Source: Desulfomonilia bacterium (lineage in GTDB: Bacteria; Desulfobacterota; Desulfomonilia; UBA1062). From it: a DNA stretch of 64,000 bases. The notes beneath the pieces were generated by a model. It did not search any database and had not been told where the DNA came from. It saw only the letters and a list, made by a program, of their open reading frames with translations. The stretch covers positions 512,001-576,000 of the forward strand of contig CAXXDQ010000003.1 of assembly GCA_963664325.2 (NCBI GenBank), in the 5' to 3' direction. Position 1 is the stretch's first letter; each line of letters starts with the position of its first letter. The translations under genes were made by a program, and so were the position numbers. This document shows positions 9,399-20,016 of the stretch, piece after piece.

Positions 9399-10667
9399 AT
9401 GTCATCTTCACCTGAAATTATCAAGCAGCAGGCCTTAAAGGATTTTGCCGAATTCATCAACCCCATGAAGGTCAGGACAATGAAAAGCGCCGGCATTGAC
9501 ATCATCGAGGAAAAGCGCAGCGGTGCGTGTTCGTGGGACATTACAGGAAAACGCTATATAGACTGCCAGACTGGCTCTGGCATCATGAATGTGGGAAGAG
9601 GCAATCAGGAGATAGCGGAAGTGCTCAAAAAAGCTCTCGACACCTACGACATCGGCGTGTTCCTGCTCTGCTCCAAGCAGAAGGCTGATCTCGCAAAGAG
9701 GCTCGCCGAGATCACTCCCGGCGACCTTGCCTGCACGATGTTCGGTGTTGGGGGCGGTGAGGCGATAGACGCAGCCATCAAGATTGCACGTGGCTTCACG
9801 ATGAAACCGGGAATCATCTATGCCGATAAGGCCTATCACGGCCATACCGGATTCGCGCTGTCAGCAATCGGCAGGGAGGCATATAAGGAGTCGTTCCATC
9901 CTCTGATGCCTGGTTTCACAATGGTCCCCTTCGGTGATGCCGATGCAATCAGAAAGGCTGTCAACAAGGATACGGCCGCAGTCATCCTCGAAACCATACA
10001 GGGCGAGGGCGGCATCAACATCCCGCCGGACGGATATCTGGCCGAGGTCAGAAAAATATGCGATGAAAACAATGTGCTGCTGATCCTTGACGAGATACAG
10101 ACCGGCTTCGGCCGCACCGGAAAGATGTTCGCCTGTGAGCACTGGGAAGTGGTCCCGGACATAATGACTGTAGCCAAGTCGCTTGGCGGCGGCATTTACC
10201 CGATATCGGCGACGATATTCAAGGAGGAGATCAACGACTTCTTCATCCCGCATCCATTCGTCCACCTTTCGACGTTCGGAGGCTCCGATCTTGGCTGCAT
10301 AGTTGCGATGGCTGCAATCGACTACATCATTAAAAACGATTTGCCGGCCAAAGCGGAGAGAATGGGACAGCGTTTCAGGGCAGGGTTTGACAGGCTTTTA
10401 AAGGAATATCCCGACCTGCTGCTTGAAGTCAGGCAGAAGGGGCTCATGATGGGCCTGCAGTATACAAATGAATCCATCGGACCGAGGATGACGAAGAAGC
10501 TTTCCGAAAGGGGCGTGCTGGCTGTTTATACAGGCAACGACCCGAGCATTTGCAGGTTCATGCCGCCGCTGGTCATTTCCCCTGAAGAAGTGGATGAGGT
10601 GCTGAATGCACTCGAAGACTCAATGAAGGAACTTTCGAAAGAAAAGGGCATCGGTAAAAATGACTAA
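9399..10667 (+). CDS. Class III PLP aminotransferase (putrescine/acetylornithine aminotransferase-like)
   Basis: AYHGHT, ETIQGEGG, DEIQTGFGRTG, AKSLGGG, HLSTFGG. GGAGG precedes ATG 9399. Confidence 0.88.
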   Translation: MSSSPEIIKQQALKDFAEFINPMKVRTMKSAGIDIIEEKRSGACSWDITGKRYIDCQTGSGIMNVGRGNQEIAEVLKKALDTYDIGVFLLCSKQKADLAKRLAEITPGDLACTMFGVGGGEAIDAAIKIARGFTMKPGIIYADKAYHGHTGFALSAIGREAYKESFHPLMPGFTMVPFGDADAIRKAVNKDTAAVILETIQGEGGINIPPDGYLAEVRKICDENNVLLILDEIQTGFGRTGKMFACEHWEVVPDIMTVAKSLGGGIYPISATIFKEEINDFFIPHPFVHLSTFGGSDLGCIVAMAAIDYIIKNDLPAKAERMGQRFRAGFDRLLKEYPDLLLEVRQKGLMMGLQYTNESIGPRMTKKLSERGVLAVYTGNDPSICRFMPPLVISPEEVDEVLNALEDSMKELSKEKGIGKND

Positions 10668-10734
10668 AAGAAAGATTTTTAACTGTTCATAAAACCGTAC
10701 GTATAGATCTTATATAAAAGGGGAGGATGAAACA

Positions 10735-11094
10735 GTGGCAACTTCACAGGAAATCTTGGATGCACTGGCTGATTATCAGGTGAACTGCAATGACAACAAA
10801 AGGCTTCGCCGCATGCAGCGTGACTGGACAAAGCTGCTGCACTTTAATGCCGAAGACACCGGCGACTGGTTCACCATGAATGTCATCAACGGTGAAATAG
10901 TGTCTTTCAATGCCGGCGCCGATGGTACTCCGGACATTATTGTTACGACAAAAAGTGAGAACCTGTGCGATATGTTCTGGGGCGATCTGAACCCATCGCA
11001 GAAATATCTCGAGGGTGAAATCCGCGTGAAGGCGACACAGGAGGATGTTGTGCGGCTGGACGCCATCACCATGATAATATGGCCGGACGCCTAA
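10735..11094 (+). CDS. SCP2 (sterol carrier protein 2) lipid-binding domain protein
   Basis: 119 aa with PDIIV...L.DMF.GDLNP...YLEGEIRV, an SCP2-like signature; RBS GGAGG. Confidence 0.7.
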   Translation: MATSQEILDALADYQVNCNDNKRLRRMQRDWTKLLHFNAEDTGDWFTMNVINGEIVSFNAGADGTPDIIVTTKSENLCDMFWGDLNPSQKYLEGEIRVKATQEDVVRLDAITMIIWPDA

Positions 11095-11220
11095 GTTCCG
11101 GTATGCATTCAAGCCCTGCCTTTGTCGGCTGCGTCGGAATGCTCCTCGGAGTACGTAACAGAGTACACCTCGTCGCTTCCTCCTTGCCTCCTCGGCATGA
11201 TCTTGAATGCAAGCCGGAAC
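11095..11220. repeat. About 126-bp long imperfect palindrome (MITE/REP-like or structured RNA)
   Basis: GTTCCGGTATGCATTCAAG (11095-11113) pairs with CTTGAATGCAAGCCGGAAC (11202-11220) at 17/19. Inner complementary blocks: TGCC/GGCA, GGAA/TTCC, GTAC/GTAC. Confidence 0.65.
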
Positions 11221-11339
11221 AGGAGCGGCAAAATAGAAACATAATTTCTTCCTTGTCGCTCCTTGGTCTGTTTTGTTCTGACATGTCCTATTTTTCGGAA
11301 AGGCATTCAAGCCATGACAAGGGCAAGCAGCAGGTATTG

Positions 11340-11369
11340 CTCACCACTCACCACTGACCACTCACTACT
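11340..11369 (+). repeat. Heptamer tandem repeat (CTCACCA-like x4)
   Basis: CTCACCA CTCACCA CTGACCA CTCACTA, just upstream of the permease RBS. Confidence 0.8.
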
Positions 11370-11385
11370 TGTTTTGGAGGGTTAA

Positions 11386-12789
11386 ATGACCACATTAAAA
11401 AAGGTTCTGAAACTTCGGACTGTGACATCGGCTTCCGCCGGGATGGCATTGGCGACATCATGTTATATCGCCGGTTTCCAGATAGCGACCATACTGGTTG
11501 GAGAACTGGCCTGGATATCCGTACTTGTTGCCGGAATGCTCTGTTTCTTATCCGCCATGTGCTTTGCAGAACTAACCTCCCAATATCCGACAGCGGCAGG
11601 CATAAAGCTTTTCATTCAGAAGGCGTTTAATGAAAAGGCCGCAATTATCATAGGAACCTTTTACGTAATGCTCGGGATATCCATGGTCGGTGCTGAAAGC
11701 TACCTGCTTTCCAGCGTCATGTACAATGCGTTTCCTGTTTTCGGGCCTCTGGTTGACAAGCTTTTCTGGATGCTGTTCTTTATCGTATTCGTTGCCGCGG
11801 TTAACTACAGGGGTGTGCAGCTCACGGGGTTTGTCCAGGATGTCATGACCTATGTAATGATAAGCTTCCTTATTCTCGCTTCGATATATTCCATCTTTAA
11901 GTACGGGGTGGATATCAAACCTGCATTTGCCAGCCCTAAATTCACGCTTGGCAACATAATAAATGCCGCAGGGGTCGGCGTATTTCTTTTTGTCGGCTTC
12001 GAGTGGGTGACGCCCCTGGCTGAGGAAACGACCGATTACAGGCTCATCGGCAAGGGCATGTTCATTGCAATCGGTCTTTTGACCGTTACTTATGCTCTCT
12101 TCACGGTCGGGATGTGGGTAGCCCTCACGCCCGAACAGAGACTTTCGGGTACGCCGATTCCACACATTCTTTTCGGTCAGAACCTTCTGGGCAAGGCTGG
12201 TGTCGTCCTTTTCATGATAATGAGCATCCTCGCGTCGGCCACATCATTTAATTCGGGATTGCTTAACACTTCGCGGTTTGCATACGCCATGTCGCGCGAC
12301 AATGTCCTGCCTGCATCCTTCAGCAAGCTGCACCCCGATTACGCCACGCCCTGGGTGTCAATCCTGGGGCTGATGATTCTTGCAATCCTTGTGAGTCTTT
12401 TTATCCAGATCACGGGTAAATACCTTTTCCTCATCGTGATGGCTGCTGCGCTTGAATGCTTCATCTATGTAGTTATGGCGGTGTGCGTGATAAAGCTGAG
12501 GCGGAAGCTCCCTGATAACCCCAGGGATTTCAAAGTTCCCGGAGGCTATGTCATTCCGATAATAACTATTATTGTCTTTGCAGGGCTGCTCATAGGAATA
12601 TTCCTGGATAAAAGCAAAGATTATGCAGGCAATGTCCTGTTCGCAAACTACTGGGTGGCTGTCGTAATGGCAGCATTCTTCGGCCTTTGCGCCATTTACA
12701 CGATACTGGTTGTACCGGTATTCAAGAAAAAGGCAGCGGCAAAGGCGGCAACCAGAGTTAAGAGAAGACCGGGGAAAGCTGCGGAATAA
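11386..12789 (+). CDS. APC-family amino acid/polyamine permease
   Basis: About 12 TM segments; FAEL...P.AAG, FLFVGFE....AEE, SRFAYAMSRD.VLP..F.KLHP...TP. Confidence 0.9.
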   Translation: MTTLKKVLKLRTVTSASAGMALATSCYIAGFQIATILVGELAWISVLVAGMLCFLSAMCFAELTSQYPTAAGIKLFIQKAFNEKAAIIIGTFYVMLGISMVGAESYLLSSVMYNAFPVFGPLVDKLFWMLFFIVFVAAVNYRGVQLTGFVQDVMTYVMISFLILASIYSIFKYGVDIKPAFASPKFTLGNIINAAGVGVFLFVGFEWVTPLAEETTDYRLIGKGMFIAIGLLTVTYALFTVGMWVALTPEQRLSGTPIPHILFGQNLLGKAGVVLFMIMSILASATSFNSGLLNTSRFAYAMSRDNVLPASFSKLHPDYATPWVSILGLMILAILVSLFIQITGKYLFLIVMAAALECFIYVVMAVCVIKLRRKLPDNPRDFKVPGGYVIPIITIIVFAGLLIGIFLDKSKDYAGNVLFANYWVAVVMAAFFGLCAIYTILVVPVFKKKAAAKAATRVKRRPGKAAE

Positions 12790-13069
12790 GCCTGTTCTCC
12801 AATTGTTCCGACAGGCAGAAATATTGCTGCCCGATACAGGCATTCTACAGTACGCCTGATGTTGAGGCTTGAGTTTAGTAGTTTTCTCTTTGAGACGAGC
12901 CCGGTAAAACATTCACTTATTCGAAAGCTCTGCCGATAATAGAATTTATGGGCATACCGTATACCGTTATGAACAAGACCCGCATACAGACAAAGTTGCT
13001 TGCTTTAAATTCAGGCTGCACAGACATGCCCGATGCGATTATGGTAAAAAATGTTTTGAAAGGGAATGA

Positions 13070-14494
13070 ATGATCAAGGGCAATCCCCCCGACATCATTT
13101 TTTTCCAGGTAGTCGTCATCTCTATATTATGCGCATTTCTTTTTTCCCTGGACGGGAGCATCGTAAATATCGCCCTGCCTGAAATGGCGCGTGCCTATAA
13201 CGCATCTGTCAGCGATATCGCTTTCATCCCCACGGCATACATGATCACGGTTTCATCGACGCTCCTGCTTGTATCAACCCTTTTTAACCGTTTCGGGATG
13301 AAAAGGGTTATAATTGCCGGGTATGTAATATTCATTACGAGCACTTTATTATGCGCTCTGGCTCCGCAGTTATGGCTCATGGTAGTGCTTCGCATCATGC
13401 AGGGATTGGGCGGCAGCGTGCTCTTGATGGCTGCCTTCGCCGTTGTACCCAAGTATATAGGACCTGCAAAAATGGGCCGGGCGCTAGGTTTCTCTTCTTC
13501 GGCGCTGGCTTGCGGCATAGCGGCCGGATATCCCGCCGGAGGATTTGTCACCGACTATCTCGGCTGGAATTACGTCTTTCTTCTTGTCGCCTTCATGACG
13601 GTTCCAGCCCTTGTTTATATCCAACGGGTTTTGCCTGATGATGAGCCTCTTGATGCAGGCTCCGGTATCGATATCCCGGGAGCGGCCGTATTTTTCGTTG
13701 CCTTTGCAATGCTTACATATGTCCTTCAGTATGTCGAATATGCAGGCTTTGCACCCACAAAGGTTTTGTTTTGCATTCTCGGCTTTTGCATGATGTCAAC
13801 GCTGTTCATTATCTTTGAAAAAAGGAAAGAGAACGCCATAATCGACCTGTCCCTTTTCAGATCCAGGGAGTACGGCTTTGCCATGCTGTCAAGGCTTTTC
13901 GTCGCCATGCTGCAGTACGGGAACCTGTTCATGCTGCCTTTTTTCCTCGGAATAATAAGGAAGATGTCCCCTTCGAAATCGGGACTCCTGATTGCGGTCT
14001 ATTCGGTTTTTTATATCTTTCTCGCCCCTGTTTCGGGTTATTTCACCGATAGGTTTTCCCCGCAGAAGATGAGTGTTTTCTCGACTCTGGTTCTTTTAGG
14101 CGTCTCGTTCTTGTTTCCGTTCATTATGGGGGATTCCGGTTTTGTCCCGATAGTCGCATACCTCGTATTTCTCTCGATAGGCTTTGCCTTCTTCTATCCG
14201 GCGAATAACAAATTCTGTATTCTGGCCGTACCGCCCGGCAGGCAAGGCATGTCCATAGGCATATTCCTTACAGTATGGGTTGCCGGGATGTCTATTGGAA
14301 CGTCCTTTTTTGAAATGGTGTTTTCGGTGACTCTTATGGGTGAGGAACAGGGCCTCTCGTCATTAAAAGAGCTTGTCAAAGGCATATCTGAGGAAAGGTT
14401 GTTTGACGCATTCAGGAACTCATACACGGCAGGGTTCGTTATCATCCTCACGGCGCTTGTCTTTCTAGTCATCTCATTAATGAATAAAAAATAA
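13070..14494 (+). CDS. MFS drug:H+ antiporter (DHA2/EmrB-like)
   Basis: LDGSIVNIALP, RIMQGLGG, IDLSLF; about 14 TM segments. Confidence 0.85.
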   Translation: MIKGNPPDIIFFQVVVISILCAFLFSLDGSIVNIALPEMARAYNASVSDIAFIPTAYMITVSSTLLLVSTLFNRFGMKRVIIAGYVIFITSTLLCALAPQLWLMVVLRIMQGLGGSVLLMAAFAVVPKYIGPAKMGRALGFSSSALACGIAAGYPAGGFVTDYLGWNYVFLLVAFMTVPALVYIQRVLPDDEPLDAGSGIDIPGAAVFFVAFAMLTYVLQYVEYAGFAPTKVLFCILGFCMMSTLFIIFEKRKENAIIDLSLFRSREYGFAMLSRLFVAMLQYGNLFMLPFFLGIIRKMSPSKSGLLIAVYSVFYIFLAPVSGYFTDRFSPQKMSVFSTLVLLGVSFLFPFIMGDSGFVPIVAYLVFLSIGFAFFYPANNKFCILAVPPGRQGMSIGIFLTVWVAGMSIGTSFFEMVFSVTLMGEEQGLSSLKELVKGISEERLFDAFRNSYTAGFVIILTALVFLVISLMNKK

Positions 14495-14749
14495 AGTCTT
14501 ATGAAGCCGGTCAGGGACAGGATTGCAAAGCGTACCAGGATTGAAAACCTGTATATATAATTGTCATAAAACCTTATCTGCTGCTGGCAGAGATAATATA
14601 ATTATTTTGAGTTAAGCTGCCTAAAAACATTGAAGATACTGCAGCGTTATCAGGACAGGTAAATAAATGAATGGACGGGATAGTCGCATGGATCAATAAT
14701 TATGTTGCAGGTAATTTTGTACCGGGGGATAATTTGAGCGGGTGAACTT

Positions 14750-15073
14750 ATGCCGAAAAACAATGTCCCATTGGAATATACCGACGAAAACGTAAAGCTG
14801 CTGCCCGAGCATGAGATAAAACTGCCGAAGATGTACCGCGTGATCATACACAACGATCACTACACGACAATGGAGTTTGTTGTGGAAGTCCTTATTTCAA
14901 TATTCCATAAGCCTGCAGCAGAGGCCACCATGCTCATGATGGATGTGCATAAAAAGGGACGCGGCATCGTAGGCGTTTATACGCTTGATATCGCCATGAC
15001 CAAAATCGCCCAGGTTCACTCACTGGCAAAGCAGCGCGGATTTCCGCTTAAATGTTCTCATGAAGAAGCGTAA
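14750..15073 (+). CDS. clpS: ATP-dependent Clp protease adaptor ClpS
   Basis: PKMYRVIIHNDHYTTMEFVV, VHKKGRG.VG, GFPLKC. Confidence 0.95.
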   Translation: MPKNNVPLEYTDENVKLLPEHEIKLPKMYRVIIHNDHYTTMEFVVEVLISIFHKPAAEATMLMMDVHKKGRGIVGVYTLDIAMTKIAQVHSLAKQRGFPLKCSHEEA

Positions 15074-15086
15074 GAAGGTACCTACA

Positions 15087-17342
15087 ATGAAAAACAGCGA
15101 AAGCCTTAATCTGGTTCTGATAGCCGCATTCAACGAGGCAAAAAACAGGGAGCATGAATATCTTACCCCGGAACACCTGCTCTATGCGATGCTATTCTCG
15201 CCTGAGAGCCTTGAAATAATTGAGAGCTGCGGGGCCGATACCGAGGTGCTGAAAAACAACCTTACTCAGCATTTTACAGAAAAAATTCCAAAGATAAGAA
15301 ACAGGGAACCCGTCATCTCCGAACAGTTCCACAATATCATGGAGCGTGCATTCCTGCACTCGGCATCGGCGCAAAAAGATAACCTTGATATCGGAGACGT
15401 GCTGGTTTCCATATTCGATGAGGAGGAATCCTTTGCTTCATTCTTCCTTTTAAGCCAGGGCATCACGCGGCTTGATATACTCAATTACATATCCCACGGC
15501 ATATCTCTTATTCCTGACCGAACTCATGAAGCCGGTACGGATTATGGCACTCAGGCCGGCGCAGGAACAACTGCAGAAAGTGGGAAAAAGAGTTTCCTTG
15601 AAATTTTTACTACCGAACTTGTGTCAAAGGCCAGGCTTGGGGAAATGGACCCGTTTATAGGAAGGGAGGATATTTTAGAGCGCACCGTACAGGTGTTATG
15701 CCGGAGGCTCAAGAACAACCCCATACATGTCGGCGAACCCGGGGTCGGCAAGACTGCAATCACGGAAGGGCTTGCCCAGCGCATAGCCGCCGGAACAGTG
15801 CCGAAACCGCTCATCGGGGCAAAAGTTTATCTGCTCGATATGGGAGGGCTGATTGCCGGCACAAGGTACAGAGGCGACTTCGAGGAACGGCTGAAGAGGG
15901 TCCTTGCCGAACTCGGCAAAATGGAAAATGTGATACTCTTCATAGACGAGATCCATACGATAGTAGGTGCGGGCGCCGTATCCGGCGGCTCGATGGATGC
16001 ATCCAACATTTTAAAGCCTGTGCTTGCATCCGGCAGGATGCGCTGCATAGGTTCCACTACATTCGACGAATACCGCAAGCATTTCGAAAAGGACCGTGCC
16101 CTGTCGAGGCGTTTCCAGAAAATAGACATATCCGAACCTACAATTGATGAAACCAGGAATATCCTTATCGGACTTAAAGAGCGCTACGAGAAGCACCATG
16201 ACGTTGTTTATGATGACGATGCCATCCTTGCGGCTGCAGAACTTTCGGCAAAATTCATCAATGACCGACATCTGCCTGACAAGGCAATAGACGTAATCGA
16301 CGAGGCCGGAGCCTATGCAAGGATGAACCGTCCCGACAATCTTGCCGGGAAAGTAACTATTTCGCGCGAAGCTATTGAAAAGGTCGTATCAAAGATAGCG
16401 AGGATTCCGGAAAGGAGCGTTTCTTCATCCGAAGCATTCAAGCTCAAGAACCTTGAAAACGACCTTAAAGCGCAGATATTTGGCCAGGACAATGCCATAG
16501 AAGCCGTGGTTTCGGCAATCAAGCGCTCGCGAGCCGGGTTCAGTTCGTCAGACAGGCCGGTTGCTAACCTTCTTTTCGTAGGTCCGACCGGGGTCGGCAA
16601 GACCGAGCTTGCGCGTCAGCTTGCAGCAAGCCTGGGTGTGACCATTCATCGCTTCGACATGAGCGAATACCAGGAGAAACACACGGTCGCCCGGCTTGTC
16701 GGCGCACCGCCTGGTTACGTCGGATACGAAGAGGGTGGCCTGCTGACCGAAGCGATACGCAAGACCCCTTATGCGGTTTTATTGCTGGATGAAATCGAGA
16801 AGGCCCACCAGGACATCTTCAATACCCTGCTGCAGGTAATGGACTATGCCACGCTCACAGACAATGCAGGAAAGAAGGCAGACTTCAGGAATGTTGTCCT
16901 GATCATGACTTCGAATGCGGGAGCCAGAGAAATCGGCAAAAAAAAGGTCGGGTTCACACACGATGAGACAGCCGGAAACAGGGTCGTTGCTGAAGCGGTC
17001 AACCGGATATTTTCACCGGAATTCCGCAACCGCCTTGACGGCGTCATTAGCTTTAACGGCCTTGACATAGGCATAACCGAATTGATTGTCCGCAAGGAGA
17101 TAGGCATATTCTTAAAGCAGCTCCAGGAAAGGAATGTTTCAGGCGAAGTAACTGATTCGGCTTATTTCCACCTGGCGCAAAAAGGGTTTTCCACAGAATT
17201 CGGTGCACGCCAGATTGCAAGGCTGGTGCAGGACGAAGTCAAGTCATTCTTTGTCGATCAGGTCCTGTTCGGAAGGCTTGCCGGCGGCGGCCGTGTCCTC
17301 ATAGATGTCAGGGAAGACCGCATCGTAATAGAAGTGCTTTAA
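15087..17342 (+). CDS. clpA: ATP-dependent Clp protease ATP-binding subunit ClpA
   Basis: [10 protein letters not shown]; two AAA+ modules ([16 protein letters not shown]); no middle coiled-coil; lies between clpS and aat. Confidence 0.93.
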   Translation: MKNSESLNLVLIAAFNEAKNREHEYLTPEHLLYAMLFSPESLEIIESCGADTEVLKNNLTQHFTEKIPKIRNREPVISEQFHNIMERAFLHSASAQKDNLDIGDVLVSIFDEEESFASFFLLSQGITRLDILNYISHGISLIPDRTHEAGTDYGTQAGAGTTAESGKKSFLEIFTTELVSKARLGEMDPFIGREDILERTVQVLCRRLKNNPIHVGEPGVGKTAITEGLAQRIAAGTVPKPLIGAKVYLLDMGGLIAGTRYRGDFEERLKRVLAELGKMENVILFIDEIHTIVGAGAVSGGSMDASNILKPVLASGRMRCIGSTTFDEYRKHFEKDRALSRRFQKIDISEPTIDETRNILIGLKERYEKHHDVVYDDDAILAAAELSAKFINDRHLPDKAIDVIDEAGAYARMNRPDNLAGKVTISREAIEKVVSKIARIPERSVSSSEAFKLKNLENDLKAQIFGQDNAIEAVVSAIKRSRAGFSSSDRPVANLLFVGPTGVGKTELARQLAASLGVTIHRFDMSEYQEKHTVARLVGAPPGYVGYEEGGLLTEAIRKTPYAVLLLDEIEKAHQDIFNTLLQVMDYATLTDNAGKKADFRNVVLIMTSNAGAREIGKKKVGFTHDETAGNRVVAEAVNRIFSPEFRNRLDGVISFNGLDIGITELIVRKEIGIFLKQLQERNVSGEVTDSAYFHLAQKGFSTEFGARQIARLVQDEVKSFFVDQVLFGRLAGGGRVLIDVREDRIVIEVL

Positions 17343-17347
17343 AGATT

Positions 17348-18007
17348 ATGCCCGTTTACCTGCTGACGGACGAACTCGTATTTCCTGATGCAGAAAATGC
17401 AACAGAAGAAGGGATTCTGGCTGTCGGCGGTGATCTGAGGCCCGAACGTCTTCTGCTGGCCTATTGTTCAGGTATCTTTCCCTGGTATTCTGACGGCGAG
17501 CCGATCATCTGGTGGTCGCCCGATCCTAGATTTGTGCTTTTCCCCGGTGAACTCAAGGTATCCAGGTCTATGCGCAAGATTCTCAGGCAAGGGGTTTTCA
17601 GCATCACTTTTGACAAGGCATTCGAGCGTGTGATTGCCGAATGCAAGAAGATGAAACGCAAAGGCCAGCGCGGGACCTGGATAACACCTGAAATGCAGAA
17701 GGCGTATATAAGACTCAACAAACTAGGGTTTGCCCACTCGGTCGAGGCATGGAAAGACGGTGAACTGGCCGGAGGCCTCTATGGTGTTTCACTTGGAAAG
17801 GTGTTTTTCGGAGAGTCCATGTTTTCACGCGTAAGCAATGCATCAAAAACGTGCCTTATAACGCTTGTGGAACATCTCGCAAAAGACGGTTTTGAACTCA
17901 TAGATTCGCAGATCTACACCCGGCACCTTGAAACACTTGGAGCCCGTGAAATCCCCCGGAGTGAATATCTGATCCTTATAAAAAATCTGCTCGTTACTAA
18001 ATGCTGA
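17348..18007 (+). CDS. aat: Leucyl/phenylalanyl-tRNA--protein transferase
   Basis: AVGGDL..ERLL.AY..GIFPWY, WWSPDPR, AHSVE.W, GGLYG, FFGESMF. Confidence 0.95.
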   Translation: MPVYLLTDELVFPDAENATEEGILAVGGDLRPERLLLAYCSGIFPWYSDGEPIIWWSPDPRFVLFPGELKVSRSMRKILRQGVFSITFDKAFERVIAECKKMKRKGQRGTWITPEMQKAYIRLNKLGFAHSVEAWKDGELAGGLYGVSLGKVFFGESMFSRVSNASKTCLITLVEHLAKDGFELIDSQIYTRHLETLGAREIPRSEYLILIKNLLVTKC

Positions 18008-18107
18008 TTGGCGGTTTTAAAAGGCTGATGGCATTGCAGGTTCAAGTTGCTTCCCGATGATGCCGATGGATACCGGTAATAAATTGTTTTTCAGGAGGGT
18101 GAACGTG

Positions 18108-19028
18108 ATGGATATAAAAGGTCCTAAAATAAAAAAATATATGGAAGAATTTATTGTATCCCCGGGCAGGGAAGTAAAGCTCAGGAAGTTTAAAACCGGC
18201 TGGGCAATAAATGATGCACTGAAGACCCTGGATGATAATAAGGCAAGGGCCATGGCTGCCGAAATACTGAACAAAGACCGCAACAGGCTGGCCAAAGCCC
18301 AGGAACTCCTTTATGCAGACAAGAGCTATTCATTGCTGATAGTTCTTCAGGGCATGGATACGGCGGGCAAGGACGGGGCTATCCGGCATGTCATGTCCGG
18401 GGTCAATCCACAGGGGTGTTCGGTATCAGGATTCAAGGTGCCGACATCGACCGAGCATGCACATGACTTTCTCTGGAGATATTCAAATTGCCTGCCCCAG
18501 CGGGGAATGATCGGGATATTCAACCGGTCCCATTATGAGGATGTTCTGGCGGTGAAAGTCCATCCCGAGAGGATGGAGATGCTCCCCGCCAAGCTTGGCA
18601 AGCCTGAAAGCGATACCTTCTGGGACTGGCGCTACAGCGATATCAGGAATTTCGAGAAGCACCTCGTGAGAAACGGAACGGTTATTCTGAAGTTCTTCCT
18701 GCACATATCAAAGAAGGAACAGAAAAAGAGGCTTATGGACAGGCTTAACAATAAGGAAAAATACTGGAAGATATCTCCATTCGATGTTGCGGAAAGGGCT
18801 TTCTGGAACGACTATGAAAAGGCATATGAAGAAATGCTTGCAGCAACAAGTACGGAGTATGCACCATGGTTTGTCATTCCGGCCGATTTTAAATGGGCGG
18901 CCAGGACATTCGTTGCAGAGGTGATTGTCAATGCAATCGAAGGGCTTAATCTCAAATATCCGGAAGTAACCGAGGAACAGGTCAACAAGCTTTTGGAGGC
19001 GAAAAAAAAGCTTTTAAACGAGAAGTGA
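18108..19028 (+). CDS. ppk2: Polyphosphate kinase 2 family (class III-like)
   Basis: QGMDTAGKDG, GVNPQG, FNRSHYEDVL, KFFLHISK, APWFVIPAD.KW. The start codon is approximate. Confidence 0.9.
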   Translation: MDIKGPKIKKYMEEFIVSPGREVKLRKFKTGWAINDALKTLDDNKARAMAAEILNKDRNRLAKAQELLYADKSYSLLIVLQGMDTAGKDGAIRHVMSGVNPQGCSVSGFKVPTSTEHAHDFLWRYSNCLPQRGMIGIFNRSHYEDVLAVKVHPERMEMLPAKLGKPESDTFWDWRYSDIRNFEKHLVRNGTVILKFFLHISKKEQKKRLMDRLNNKEKYWKISPFDVAERAFWNDYEKAYEEMLAATSTEYAPWFVIPADFKWAARTFVAEVIVNAIEGLNLKYPEVTEEQVNKLLEAKKKLLNEK

Positions 19029-19099
19029 AGAATTGAATATCAGTGATATATTGGGTTTCAGTCCGGATTTTTCAATAGGAGTCAGAGGAATAAGTGAGT

Positions 19100-19480
19100 T
19101 TAGGGGATAACCCCTGCATCGCGAAGCCGCCGCTCCTTCTCGATCTTTTCAAGCATATCCCTGAGCTCCTTTTCTTTGAAACGCTTGAGGAATTTAGGTG
19201 TCTGCATATAAGAGAGCGTACTGGCGAGGTATGATTCGGCGAGAGAGTCCCTCACTTTGTCAAGACTGCCCTGATGCACGGCTGGACGTTCGATGAGTTT
19301 AGTCCTTACAATTTTCTCGCCAAAGAACCGGCGCAGTTCTTCATCGGCGTTATCGAGATAGCAGGTTATGGTGACCTCAAGCCTGACGAACCAGAGATCG
19401 CCTGAGAGGATCTTGCTTTTGTCCTTTATTGTTAATACCAGGCCGTTTTTGAGGATGTGCTCTTCTTTTTCAAAGCTCAT
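19100..19480 (-). CDS. Hypothetical protein
   Basis: 126-aa ORF overlapping the stop of the FmdB gene; plausible composition. Confidence 0.65.
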   Translation of the reverse strand: MSFEKEEHILKNGLVLTIKDKSKILSGDLWFVRLEVTITCYLDNADEELRRFFGEKIVRTKLIERPAVHQGSLDKVRDSLAESYLASTLSYMQTPKFLKRFKEKELRDMLEKIEKERRLRDAGVIP

Positions 19481-19958
19481 AAAGTGTTTCGTCCACTTTC
19501 GGTTTTAGTTTATGTGATTTTATCCCGGCTGAAGACGCCTGCAGAAACGGATCTTCACCGTCAAAAAGATCGCCCATTTCCTGCTCGATTGTCTCAGGGG
19601 CTTCGCCCCGCTCAAGCCTGCACAGCGCTTCCTGAAATCCCGGGCCGAGATTCAGCCCGGCGGCATCTGAGAGTTTTCTGAGCAGATTGGCCGCCTGCTT
19701 CGGGTCGTCCTCATTGATAGAGCCCGCTTCACGTCCCAGCATTGCCAATGCCTTTTCAAGACGGCTTTCGTCAATATTCGGCATTCCGTCTTCAGTCTCT
19801 TTTGCCTTCCCTGAAGGTGTGTTGAACATTGAGATTTTTTTCTTTAACTTTACCCCTTGGCATTTAGGGCATTGCGGAACTTTCTCATTGTTTATCTTTC
19901 GTGAAAGGAAGTTATAGATCGTGTTGCAGTTGTCGCAGTAGAATTCATATACAGGCAT
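19470..19958 (-). CDS. FmdB-family zinc-ribbon protein
   Basis: MPVYEFYCDNC...CPKC N-terminus. Confidence 0.88.
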   Translation of the reverse strand: MPVYEFYCDNCNTIYNFLSRKINNEKVPQCPKCQGVKLKKKISMFNTPSGKAKETEDGMPNIDESRLEKALAMLGREAGSINEDDPKQAANLLRKLSDAAGLNLGPGFQEALCRLERGEAPETIEQEMGDLFDGEDPFLQASSAGIKSHKLKPKVDETLYEL

Positions 19959-20016
19959 ATTTTATCCTCTTATTAATGCAGTTTCCAATCTGAAATAGTG
20001 TCTGCAATCCGATTTG

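Noticed and set aside
11340-11369. Possible CRISPR array
   Set aside because: The units are 7 bp with no spacers, and there are no cas genes. No repeat-spacer array was seen anywhere in the window.
14750-18007. clpS-clpA-aat cluster as a novelty or self-resistance locus
   Set aside because: This is the ordinary N-degron pathway arrangement, 10 kb from the NRPS, with no clpP copy.
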